From an uncultured delta proteobacterium (lineage in GTDB: Bacteria; Myxococcota; Myxococcia; Myxococcales; Myxococcaceae), in assembly GCA_963771175.1 (NCBI GenBank), contig CAVYSY010000038.1, forward strand, positions 192,001 through 256,000: a stretch of DNA of 64,000 nucleotides. Direction: 5' to 3'. Positions 1-8,910 of the stretch are shown piece after piece. Numbering within the stretch: position 1 is the first letter of the stretch; every line of letters begins with the position of its first letter. The position numbers and the translations under genes were made by a program. Below the pieces are notes generated by a model. The model was given only the letters and a program-made list of their open reading frames with translations. It ran no database searches and was not told the origin of the DNA.

Positions 1-595
1 CCTCGAGTCCCTGAAGCAGGAATTTGGCGACCTCATCCGCTGGCGCGTGCGGCCCTACCCGCTGCGCCTCCATGACAAGCGACCCACGGAGAAGGAGCTG
101 CGGGGGCTGACGGAGGAGGTGCGCCGGGCCCAGCAGGAGCCGGAGCCGCTGGCGCGACTGCTGTCGACGGAGCTGTGGCAGGGCAATGATGCGCCGCGCT
201 CCAGCATCCCGGCACTGGCGGCGCTGGAGGCGGCGCGGCTGCAGAGCCCCACGGCGAGGACGTACCTCGCGCGCGCCATGCAGCGCGCGGCGCTGGAGCA
301 GGGCGTGAACGTCACGCGCACCGACGTCATCTTCGAGCTGGCCAACCGCGTGGGCCTGGACATGGGGCCCTTCTCGGCGGCGTACCACTCGGAGGACACG
401 CGCAAGCTCATCCTCGACGAGCACGAGCTCGCCGCCAGCCGCGGCGTGCGCGGGGTGCCCACGCTCGTCATCGGCGGCCGGTGGATGGTGTGCGGCCTGC
501 GCGAGGTGGCCGAGTACCGCGAGCACATCGTCACCTGCCTCGGCAAGGTGTACACCACCCCGCGCCCGGGCTCGTCCGAGCGCGTGGTGCACTGA
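1..595 (+). CDS. DsbA/FrnE-family thioredoxin-fold protein, 5'-truncated by the window edge
   Basis: Frame is open from base 2 (LESLKQEFGDLIRWRVRPYPL); C-terminal 'A..RGVRGVPTLVIGGR' cis-Pro motif typical of DsbA-like proteins; the CxxC would lie upstream of the window. Confidence 0.8.
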   Translation, partial: LESLKQEFGDLIRWRVRPYPLRLHDKRPTEKELRGLTEEVRRAQQEPEPLARLLSTELWQGNDAPRSSIPALAALEAARLQSPTARTYLARAMQRAALEQGVNVTRTDVIFELANRVGLDMGPFSAAYHSEDTRKLILDEHELAASRGVRGVPTLVIGGRWMVCGLREVAEYREHIVTCLGKVYTTPRPGSSERVVH

Positions 596-613
596 GCGCC
601 GCCGCGGCGCGGG

Positions 614-1582
614 CTACTCCAGCTCGGAGCCGTTGCGCAGCGCCAGGTAGAGACCGCCCACGAGGAGCTGGATCAGGCCGTAGGCCGGGAGGATGCCCAC
701 GCAACAGGCCAGCAGACCGACGAGCCCCACCAGGCCGGCGATCAACAGCACCCCGACGATGGACAGACGCTGGCCGCGCGCCAGCGCATAGCAGTTGCGC
801 AGCGCCTGCACCGGCGTGACGTCGTCATTGAAGGCGAGCTCCGCCTGCAACAGGTAGAGCGGGATGACGAAGTAGATGGCGGGGACGAAGGTGACGAGGG
901 ACGCCCCCACGAAGGCGACCAGCCCGACCGTCTCGTTCGAGCCGAAGATGCTGCCGCTGGCGATGTCCGCCATGGATACGCCCCCCGCCATCATCCCGAT
1001 GAACGCCAGCACGAAGAAGAGCAGCATCAGGGGCAGGACCAGCACCACGAAGACGAGGAACATCGTCACCACGTAGCGGCCCGCCTTGGTCCACTGGGAG
1101 AAGAGCCGGCCGATGTCCACGCCCCCTCCCTCCAGGACATCGAAGGCCACCCGCATCATCCCGAGCCCCATCACGCCCTGCACCACCACCTGCACGAAGA
1201 CGGAGATGAGCAACAGGGCGCCGATGATCACGAAGGAGTCGGTGGCCTGCATGACCACCCCCGCGATGTTGCCGGCGAAGTTGGCCACCGTGGTCACGGA
1301 CACCCCCACGAGCATCGCCACCGAGAGCATCAACCAGTCGCGCTTGAAGGCCTCGAAGCAGTAGTCCCAGAGGGCGCTGATGCTCCAGGTGTCCCGCCGC
1401 AGCGGGAAGACCGCGTCCCCGGTGCGCTGGCGGCAGGTGGGGCAGAACTTCTGCGAGCCCCGCTGACTGCAGATCTCGCACATGAAGTTGCCACACCGCT
1501 CGCACGTGCCCGTGGCCCCCAGCGTCGGGTGAATCGCACACCGCGCCCCCATCCCCCCACTCCCGGAATCCGTCACGGCCAT
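614..1582 (-). CDS. Integral membrane protein with N-terminal Cys/His zinc-binding (B-box-like) module
   Basis: CAIHP..CERCGNFMCEIC..CPTC followed by about 6 hydrophobic helices; ATG at 1582 preferred over 1663. Confidence 0.7.
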   Translation of the reverse strand: MAVTDSGSGGMGARCAIHPTLGATGTCERCGNFMCEICSQRGSQKFCPTCRQRTGDAVFPLRRDTWSISALWDYCFEAFKRDWLMLSVAMLVGVSVTTVANFAGNIAGVVMQATDSFVIIGALLLISVFVQVVVQGVMGLGMMRVAFDVLEGGGVDIGRLFSQWTKAGRYVVTMFLVFVVLVLPLMLLFFVLAFIGMMAGGVSMADIASGSIFGSNETVGLVAFVGASLVTFVPAIYFVIPLYLLQAELAFNDDVTPVQALRNCYALARGQRLSIVGVLLIAGLVGLVGLLACCVGILPAYGLIQLLVGGLYLALRNGSELE

Positions 1583-1821
1583 CGCTCTGTCTCCAGCGGC
1601 GTCCGGGCCGGAAGGGCCTCCAGGGAGCGCCGCCTCCCTCGCCCCCTCTTTATCAAGGGCCACGACTGAGCGAGCATCCCGGAAACGGCTCGGACACCGG
1701 GGCGAGGGAAAATCGGGAAACAGGGGGGGTGAATTTTCTCCCTGCTCGCCCGTCTGCTCCGATGTCCTCGCCGTGATGAAATGGATGGGCCGGCTCAGAG
1801 ACCGGCCTCGGAGAGCCTCCC

Positions 1822-3204
1822 ATGCGTCGCCTTCTCGCCCTCACAGTCCCGGCCGCCCTGATGATGGGGACCGGCTGTGTCGCCCACTACCACCAGCCCG
1901 GTACCACCTACGAGACCCGCGTCTACGAGTACCGGTACTCGGGCCCCCACCCGGATCCGTACGGCGGGTGGTGCACCGAGTCGTACAGCCACGTCCACGG
2001 CTACGCGCCCGAGGACGTCAACACGTACAACTACTCGAACGACGTGTACGTCTACCGGGGCCCCACGGTGGTCTGGTACCTCGACTACCACCCGGGGCCC
2101 AGCGGCGATCCCTGCTACATCCACGGCCGCCACAGCCACGACTACTTCCCTCACAGGCACACGAGCAGCACGTACCGCTGGGACAAGGGCCGCTCGGTGT
2201 ACGTCTACAACAACTACCGGCCCGCTCCGCCCCCCGGTGGCTGGGACAACTCGCACGACGCCTCGCCCGGTGGCTGGGGCAACCCGCAGCCTCCGCCCTC
2301 GAACAGTGGCGGCTGGGGCAACTCCAACCGGCCTCCTCCGTCGAACAATGATGGCTGGGGCAACTCCAGCCGGCCTCCTCCCGCGCCGGGAACGGGTTAC
2401 GGCACGCAGCCCCCGACGAGCGGCGGCGGCTGGGGCAACCCGACTCCGCCTCCGTCCAACCCGGGCGGTGGCTGGGGCAACCCGACTCCGCCTCCGTCCA
2501 ACCCGGGCGGCAACAACCCGACTCCGCCTCCGTCCAACCCGGGCGGCAACAACCCGCCTCCCGCCAATGGCGGCGGCTGGGGCAACACGCCCCCCGGGCA
2601 CGGCGGCACGCCTCCGGGACACGGGGGCACTCCTCCCGGCCAGGGCGGCTGGGGTCAGCCCCCCGGCCACAGCAACAACCCCGGCCAGGGTCATGACCGG
2701 GACAATGACGACGATTCGCCGCGTCCGCCTCGCGGCAATGGCGGCGGCTGGGGCAACGGTGGCGGCAACAGCGGTGGCAACAACACGCCTCCTCCGCCCA
2801 GCAACAGCGGTGGCAATGGCGGCGGTAACGGTGGCGGCTGGGGCAATGGTGGCGGCAACGGCGGTGGCAACAGTGGCGGCAGCACGCCGCCTCCGTCTCG
2901 TCCGCCCAGCAACGGCGGTGGCAATGGCGGTGGCTGGGGCAACGGTGGCGGCAACAGCGGTGGCGGCAATAGCGGTGGCGGCAGCACGCCTCCGCCGTCT
3001 CGTCCGCCCAGCAACGGCGGCGGCAATGGCGGCGGTAACGGTGGCGGCTGGGGCAACGGCAATGGCGACGGCAACGGCAATGGCGGTGGCAACGGCGGCG
3101 GCAATGGCGGCGGCAACGGCGGCGGCAACGGCGGCGGCAACGGCGGCGGTCGCGGCAACGGCAACGGCGGTGGCAATGGCTGGGGCCCTGGTGGACGCCG
3201 GTAG
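1822..3204 (+). CDS. Lipoprotein with His/Cys/Tyr-rich N-domain and long Gly/Asn/Pro low-complexity tail
   Basis: Signal peptide with lipobox (MGTG-C), GGAG upstream of ATG, GC3-rich codons, terminator-like hairpin downstream. Confidence 0.75.
   Translation: MRRLLALTVPAALMMGTGCVAHYHQPGTTYETRVYEYRYSGPHPDPYGGWCTESYSHVHGYAPEDVNTYNYSNDVYVYRGPTVVWYLDYHPGPSGDPCYIHGRHSHDYFPHRHTSSTYRWDKGRSVYVYNNYRPAPPPGGWDNSHDASPGGWGNPQPPPSNSGGWGNSNRPPPSNNDGWGNSSRPPPAPGTGYGTQPPTSGGGWGNPTPPPSNPGGGWGNPTPPPSNPGGNNPTPPPSNPGGNNPPPANGGGWGNTPPGHGGTPPGHGGTPPGQGGWGQPPGHSNNPGQGHDRDNDDDSPRPPRGNGGGWGNGGGNSGGNNTPPPPSNSGGNGGGNGGGWGNGGGNGGGNSGGSTPPPSRPPSNGGGNGGGWGNGGGNSGGGNSGGGSTPPPSRPPSNGGGNGGGNGGGWGNGNGDGNGNGGGNGGGNGGGNGGGNGGGNGGGRGNGNGGGNGWGPGGRR
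2260..3190 (+). repeat. Intragenic tandem/low-complexity repeats (GGWGN, PTPPPSNP, GGNG)
   Basis: Repeated ggctggggcaac, aacccgactccgcctccgtccaacccgggcgg (x3) and ggcggcaac units. Confidence 0.9.
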
Positions 3205-3231
3205 GAGTTGACCTCCAGCGGGTCGTGATTC

Positions 3232-3280
3232 GAGGGCCGCTCCCTTCCTTTCGAGGAAAAGGGGGCGGCCCTTCGTCTTT
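3232..3280 (+). terminator. Probable intrinsic terminator
   Basis: Stem agggccgctccctt / aagggggcggccct followed by tcgtcttt, about 30 nt after the stop at 3204. Confidence 0.65.
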
Positions 3281-3389
3281 CCACCGGTGAGCACTCGGGA
3301 CCCGGGGTGTTTTCCATCACCCAGGGGACGTCCACGGCCCGAGGGTGGATTGCCACCGCGCGGGAGCGTGAAGAACTTGGCGCGCAGCC

Positions 3390-4247
3390 ATGAAGCGTCC
3401 GCGTCTCGTCCTCTGCTGCGCTCTCCTCGGGCTTGCCCCGGTCGCATGTGGTCCTTCCAACGACCCGGACCCCGGCGTCGACCCCAGTGACAGTCAGGCG
3501 GTGGACCTCGACCACCTCGCCATCACCGTCACCGGCCGCGCCGAGCTCTTCCCCGAGGCCGCACGCCTGCTCGAAGCCCAGGGGCAACCCCTTCCCCCGG
3601 TCGAGGGGCTCGAGCTCACCCTCGAGGAGCCCCTGCGCGTCGGCGTGAGCGATCCAGATGCCGCGCTGGGCAAGGGCCCGGTCGGCGCCGGCGGCGAGTT
3701 CTCCGTGTCCGACGTCCCCGTGCGCGAGGTGAACCTGAGCCTCGCCGCCACCCTCGTGAGCGAGGGGCTCGTGCGCAGCTCCACGGTCGTCTTCGACACC
3801 GCCTTCACCCGCACGCGGCCGCGCACGGACATCATCAATGCCCGCGTCTGGGCCCTGCCCGTCTCCTTCCACGACACCCTGACCCGGGCCGTCGGCGAGA
3901 TGTCGATCCGCACCCACACCAACGACCGCGCCCTCACGCTGCGCGAGGCCGGCTTCATCCTCGGCCGCGTCGTGGATGCCTCTGGAGCACCCGTGGCTGG
4001 CGCCCGCGTCGCGCTCGACCGCGGCGACCTGGCCCATCGCATCTACTACCCCGCGCCGGACTTCCAGAGCGCCAGCCAGGACGCCACCAGCGCCACCGGC
4101 CTCTTCATCTACGTCCACTCCGGCGCGGAGGCGGAGATCTTCACCCTCTCCCTTCAGGGTTCCCAGGACTACCTGCCCCGCAACGCGGGCGCCACTCCCG
4201 GCCAGGGGCTCGTCCTCACCCTGTACCCGGGCAGCTTCGCTCCGTAG
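3390..4247 (+). CDS. Lipoprotein with carboxypeptidase-regulatory-like (beta-sandwich) domain
   Basis: Lipobox PVA-C; 'GRVVDASGAPVAGARVAL...TSATGLF' motif. Confidence 0.7.
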   Translation: MKRPRLVLCCALLGLAPVACGPSNDPDPGVDPSDSQAVDLDHLAITVTGRAELFPEAARLLEAQGQPLPPVEGLELTLEEPLRVGVSDPDAALGKGPVGAGGEFSVSDVPVREVNLSLAATLVSEGLVRSSTVVFDTAFTRTRPRTDIINARVWALPVSFHDTLTRAVGEMSIRTHTNDRALTLREAGFILGRVVDASGAPVAGARVALDRGDLAHRIYYPAPDFQSASQDATSATGLFIYVHSGAEAEIFTLSLQGSQDYLPRNAGATPGQGLVLTLYPGSFAP

Positions 4248-4309
4248 CTCTCGTCAACCCGAGAGGACAGGCGGAGGCTCGGTCGCACGGCGCCCCTCCC
4301 CGAGGGCAG

Positions 4310-5755
4310 CTACCCCGTCCGCTTCTTCGGGCTCGCGTAGGGCGCCAGGAGGTCGGGCCGGTCCACCAGACAGCGCAGCGCCCTGCCGGCGAATTCCTCC
4401 AGCCGGTCGATGAAGGCGAAGTCGTGCTCGTCGCCCGCCTCGTGCGCCAGCTCATGCAGGATGATGCCGAGCGTCCGCGGCTCCAGCGGGTCCTCCAGCC
4501 GCACCTGCCCGCGCATGTTCACCCGCAGCACGCGCCGCTCGCGGTCGTACTCCGCATCGACCTGGGCGCTCGGGTCGCGCACCTTGCGCTCGAAGAACTC
4601 CACGCCCACCTCCCGCCCGGTGAGCTCTCGCGACAGGCAGCGCACCAACCCCACGAAGCGCTCGGCCCTCGCCCCTGGCCGCACCAGCATGTCCCGCGGC
4701 GGGCCCTCCATCCGCTCCACGTAGGCGTCCGCCGACTCCACCACCGTCTCGAGCTGCGCCAGCGCCGAGTCCGGCATCCCCCGCAGGTCCACCACCTTCG
4801 CCCCGAGCTGCCGCGCCCGGTCATCCTCGAGGGGCCCCACGGACAGCACCGCCCGCGCCGGCAGCACCCTGGCCACGTAGGCTCCGAGCGCCTCCTCGCC
4901 CAGGGAGAAGTGCGCCAGCACCTCCGTCACCCACGCTCCCGACAGCTCCTGCCGGCTCAGCTCGGGCGCCAGCGACTCGAGGATGATGGCCGCCAGCGTG
5001 CGCTTGTACGGGTCCCTCGCCGCATCGCGCTCGGCCGCCAGCGGAATGCGCTGCTGCACGTCCACGTGCCACGGCAGGTGGTGCGGCTCCACCGGCAGCC
5101 CCAGCTCGAAGAGGTGCGGCGTCTCCCCGGGACGCGGGTGGTAGAGGTCCACCCGCGCGGGCCGCTCGACGAACCGCTCCACCGCGCGGTGCAGCTCCAC
5201 CGTCTCCAGGGGGCAGTCCTCCAGCGACTCCCGGAGCCTCGGAGGCCGTACTCCACGCCCGTTGATGACCAGCTCCACCCCCGGCGGTGGAATGGTGAGG
5301 CGCAGCAACTGGAGCGCGGCCTCGCGCTCGCTGGCGCTCGTGTGGCGGAAGAGCCGCAGGCACGTGCCCACCAGGCGCGTGTTGGCCTTCACGTGGCGCC
5401 CCGAGTCGTCGAACACGAGCGTGCGCCCCACCGTCTCCACCTCGGCGCGGTCGCTCGCGGCGATCATCTCCTTCAAGCCACGGCCCTTGCGCCCCCGCCA
5501 CGTGGGCGGCGTGTCCTTCTCCCCGAGGAAGACGGTGAAGGCGAACTCGTCACGCGCCAGTCCGGCGGGGGCATCGTCCTCGATGCGGACCTCGTCCTCC
5601 TCCAGGCGCACCTTCACCCGACGCGCGCGCTGGTCGAACGCGTTCTGCAGCGCCTCGCGCACGAGCTGACCGAGCGGCCGGGCACGGTTGGACCGCCGCC
5701 AGCCCTCCTCCGACAACTCGAACCATTCCGCACGACCGTTCCGGGCCTGGGGCAT
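4310..5755 (-). CDS. GHKL (HATPase_c-like) ATPase with C-terminal HExxH metallopeptidase motif
   Basis: N-box VREALQNAFD, IEDD.PAG, G-box RGRKGRGLK, GT; C-terminal ILHELAHEAGDEHDFAF; ATG at 5755. Confidence 0.7.
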   Translation of the reverse strand: MPQARNGRAEWFELSEEGWRRSNRARPLGQLVREALQNAFDQRARRVKVRLEEDEVRIEDDAPAGLARDEFAFTVFLGEKDTPPTWRGRKGRGLKEMIAASDRAEVETVGRTLVFDDSGRHVKANTRLVGTCLRLFRHTSASEREAALQLLRLTIPPPGVELVINGRGVRPPRLRESLEDCPLETVELHRAVERFVERPARVDLYHPRPGETPHLFELGLPVEPHHLPWHVDVQQRIPLAAERDAARDPYKRTLAAIILESLAPELSRQELSGAWVTEVLAHFSLGEEALGAYVARVLPARAVLSVGPLEDDRARQLGAKVVDLRGMPDSALAQLETVVESADAYVERMEGPPRDMLVRPGARAERFVGLVRCLSRELTGREVGVEFFERKVRDPSAQVDAEYDRERRVLRVNMRGQVRLEDPLEPRTLGIILHELAHEAGDEHDFAFIDRLEEFAGRALRCLVDRPDLLAPYASPKKRTG

Positions 5756-5900
5756 CAAGACTCTCCGAGTACGGGAAACACCTGAAAACACCTCGGGCCG
5801 CGCGTCTCTTCCCGGTGTGCACTCCGTCAGTGGACTTGACGCCCCCCGGCCCGAGGAGGGGCAATGAGTGCATGGTGGCCCCCCCTCCGGAGCGTGCGTG

Positions 5901-6635
5901 ATGACCCGAGACCTGGTAGCCGCCGCGGCCTCCAACAACGCGTCCTGGTGTGACGCGGTGTGCCGCTCCCATGGCCGTCCCGGCGAATTCGCGGAGGTGC
6001 TCTGGCTCAACCGCACCCCGGTGCCGCCCTTCTACCCGAACGTCGTCACGCTCACGCCGGAGGGAGTGGCTCGACAGGTGGACGCAATCTCCGCGCTCGT
6101 CCTGCCGGGACACTGGGGCGTCAAGGACAGCTTCGCGACGCTCGACCTCGCACCGCTGGGCTTCAGGGAGCTGTTCTCCGCGCAGTGGATCCACCTGCCC
6201 CCGGCAGGGCCGGCTCCCACCCTCTCCAGCGAAGTGCGCTGGGCCCAGGTCCATGACGCGAGCGCGTTGGCCACGTGGGAAGCGGCCTGGAGCGGCCCGG
6301 CTGGGAATTCCAGGCCGGACTCCGCGAACGCCCTGTTCCGTCCTGGCCTGCTCGAGGATTCAAGCACCACGTTCTTCGCCGCGTACCTCGGGGACGCCGT
6401 CGTCGCCGGTGCCATCGCGTATCGCGCCGCGGGGGTCGTCAGCCTGTCGAACACGTTCTTCACCGAGAGCGCACCCGGCATGCCGCGCGCGGAGCTCCTC
6501 GGGCAGGTCGCGAGGGCCTTCCCGGGCCTGCCGCTCGTTGGTTACGAGCACGGCGACGAGCTGGCCGAGTGGTGCGCCCTGGGCTTCGAGTCCCTCGGCC
6601 CCCTGCGGGTCTGGCTGAAGACGCCGGCCCCCTGA
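5901..6635 (+). CDS. Conserved hypothetical protein (possibly GNAT-like fold)
   Basis: Clean GC3-biased ORF; 'AASNNASWCDAVCRSHG' start and 'ALGFESLGPLRVW' end resemble a widespread uncharacterised family. Confidence 0.6.
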   Translation: MTRDLVAAAASNNASWCDAVCRSHGRPGEFAEVLWLNRTPVPPFYPNVVTLTPEGVARQVDAISALVLPGHWGVKDSFATLDLAPLGFRELFSAQWIHLPPAGPAPTLSSEVRWAQVHDASALATWEAAWSGPAGNSRPDSANALFRPGLLEDSSTTFFAAYLGDAVVAGAIAYRAAGVVSLSNTFFTESAPGMPRAELLGQVARAFPGLPLVGYEHGDELAEWCALGFESLGPLRVWLKTPAP

Positions 6636-6689
6636 CCGCTCCGACCGCAGTGACCGGATTGGCCCGCCGCATGCTTGTGGACCGCTCGC

Positions 6690-7719
6690 ATGCCCGGACC
6701 CCATGACCTCTTCGCCCGCTACACCTTCGGTCACCCCGAGCGGGCCGCGGCCGAGTTGCGCGCCGCCCTGCCCCCGCATGTCGTCTCGCAGGTGGACTGG
6801 GCGTCCCTGCGGCGAGAGTCCGGCTCCGTGGTGGACCCGGAGCTGCGGGAGACCGAGAGCGACCTGCTCTTCACGGCTCGACTGCGCACGGGCCGCCCGC
6901 TGCTGCTGTACGTGCTGCTCGAACACCAGTCCTCGGTGGACAGGTGGATGGCGCTGCGCATGCTGCGCTACGTGGTGCGCCAGGTGGAGCACTGGCGCCA
7001 GCAGCACCCGGAGAGCACAGCGCTCCCGGTCATCATTCCCCTCGTCATGTACCACGGGCAGGAGGGCACCTGGTCGGCGCCCCGCCGGGTGGAGGAGCTC
7101 TTCGACCTGCCGGGCGAAGGCGAGCAGCGCGGAACGTTGGCGGGCACTGGTGCCGCGCTTCGAGTACCTGCTGGATGACCTGACAGCCAAGCGAGCCGAG
7201 GCGCTGCTGGCGCGCCCCGGCCCACCTCTGGCCCGGCTGGCGTGGCTCGCCCTACGCTACGGGCGCACCGAGGAGTTGGCTCAACGACTGCCGGACTGGA
7301 CGGCGCTCTTCGCCCAGGTGCATGACACTCCCGAGGGCTCCGAACATCTGGTGGTGGTCATCCGCTATCTCATCTGGATCGGGGACGAGGCAGCCCACGA
7401 AGCAACGAGGCAGGTGCTAGATTCAGTCTTGGATACCCAACGAACGGAGGCGCTGATGCGGAGCTATGGCGAGGAACTCATCGAGCGGGGACGCCGGCGG
7501 GGACTGGAGCAGGGACTGGAGCAGGGGCTGGAGCAGGGGCGGCTCCGAGGACGTGCCGAGGCGGTGCTTCGGATTCTCGCCGCACGGGGCGTGCAGGTCG
7601 GGGAGGAGGCGCAACAGCGCATCCTGACGTGCACGGACATGGCCACCCTCGACCGTTGGTTCGATAAGTCCCTGAACGCCACCACCCTCTCCGACGTGCT
7701 GGATGACCTGGTGAGCTGA
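6690..7719 (+). CDS. Rpn family recombination-promoting nuclease / putative transposase (one apparent frameshift near 7130)
   Basis: MPGPHDLF..., ESDLLF, YVLLEHQS, ALRMLRY, VIIPLVMYHG in frame 1; continues in another frame (WRALVPRFEYLLDDL) to a GLEQGLEQG tail. Confidence 0.9.
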
Positions 7720-7812
7720 ACCGAGGGCGCCTCCGCGGCTCACGCGCGCGGCCACGCGACCGTACTGGAGCACCTGCCGGGCCACCTGGCATTCGGACTA
7801 CGGTGGAGCACC

Positions 7813-8910
7813 GTGAAACGCCTCCTCCTGGTCGGCCCCGGCCACGCACACCTCTTCGTGCTCGAAGCCCTGGCCCGTGCGCCCTGGCCGGGAGTGGAGA
7901 CGGTACTGGTATCGCGGGGGCGCACGCAGCTCTACAGCGGCATGGTGCCGGGCTACCTGGCGGGGCAGTACGCGCTGGAGGCGCTGAGCTTCGACCTGGA
8001 GGGACTGGCGCGAGCGGCCGGGGCCCGGCTGGAGCCAAGCGGCGCCTCGGGCCTGGACGCGGAGCGGCGCGAGCTCCGGCTGGGAGATGGGCGGACGCTG
8101 ACGTACGACGCGGCGAGCTTCGACCTCGGCTCGCTGCCCGCGGGCGACGCGGTGCCCGGGGTGCGCGAGCACGCGGTGCCCCTCAAGCCGCTGGAGCTGG
8201 CGCTCTCCCGCCTCACGTCGGCCCGGGAGACGGGCCCGCTGCTGGTGGTGGGCGGAGGAGCGGCGGGCGTGGAGCTGGCGCTGTGCCTCCAGGCGGGCAC
8301 GAACCGGCCCACGGTGCTGCTCGAGGACGGGAGCCAGGTGCCCCAGGGCGCCTCCCGCGCGGCCACGCGCCGGGTGCGCGGACTGCTGGAGCGCCGGGGC
8401 ATCCGCCTCCACCTCGAGTCCCGGGTGACGAAGCTGGAAGCAAACGTGGCGCACCTGGACTCGGGCGAGCGACTCCACTTCGGCACGTGCGTGTGGGCGA
8501 CGGGGCCCCGCGCGCCGGAGCTCTTCGCGGCGAGCGGCGCGGCCGTGGACGCCCAGGGCTACATCGCGGTGCGGGACACGCTGGAGAGCCCCTCGCACCC
8601 GGGCCTCTTCGCGTCGGGGGACTGCGCGGGCTTCATCAGCGGGCAACGCGTGCCGAAGGCCGGCGTGTACGCGGTGAGACAAGGGCCGGTGCTGCGAGAC
8701 AACCTGCGCGCCTTCCTCACGGGCTCGGGCACGCCGAGGCCCTACCGGGCACAGTCGGGCTTCCTCTCGCTGCTCAACGCGGGGGACGGGACGGCGGTGG
8801 GCGCGTGGAAGGGACTGGCCTTCCACGGCCGCTCCATGTGGCGGCTGAAGGACCTCATCGACCGGCGCTTCATGGAGCGCTTCCAGCGATTGGCCCCGCG
8901 CATCAAGTAG
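7813..8910 (+). CDS. FAD-dependent pyridine nucleotide-disulfide oxidoreductase (resembles N-terminal part of SelD fusions)
   Basis: GPGHAH, YSGMVPG, GGGAAGVE, FASGDC, PKAGVYAVRQGP, WRLKDLIDRRFM. Confidence 0.85.
   Translation: MKRLLLVGPGHAHLFVLEALARAPWPGVETVLVSRGRTQLYSGMVPGYLAGQYALEALSFDLEGLARAAGARLEPSGASGLDAERRELRLGDGRTLTYDAASFDLGSLPAGDAVPGVREHAVPLKPLELALSRLTSARETGPLLVVGGGAAGVELALCLQAGTNRPTVLLEDGSQVPQGASRAATRRVRGLLERRGIRLHLESRVTKLEANVAHLDSGERLHFGTCVWATGPRAPELFAASGAAVDAQGYIAVRDTLESPSHPGLFASGDCAGFISGQRVPKAGVYAVRQGPVLRDNLRAFLTGSGTPRPYRAQSGFLSLLNAGDGTAVGAWKGLAFHGRSMWRLKDLIDRRFMERFQRLAPRIK

Noticed and set aside
1795..3447. Long antisense/alternate-frame ORFs (also 57212..60127, 60181..62643, 23410..25971 and many others)
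   Set aside because: Shadow ORFs expected in high-GC DNA; Arg/Ala/Pro-rich, no motifs, overlap well-supported genes
6690..7719. IS element with terminal repeats
   Set aside because: No terminal inverted repeats or target duplication seen; Rpn genes are not established transposons
7813..8910. selD / selenoprotein
   Set aside because: Only the FAD oxidoreductase part is present; no SelD domain or in-frame TGA
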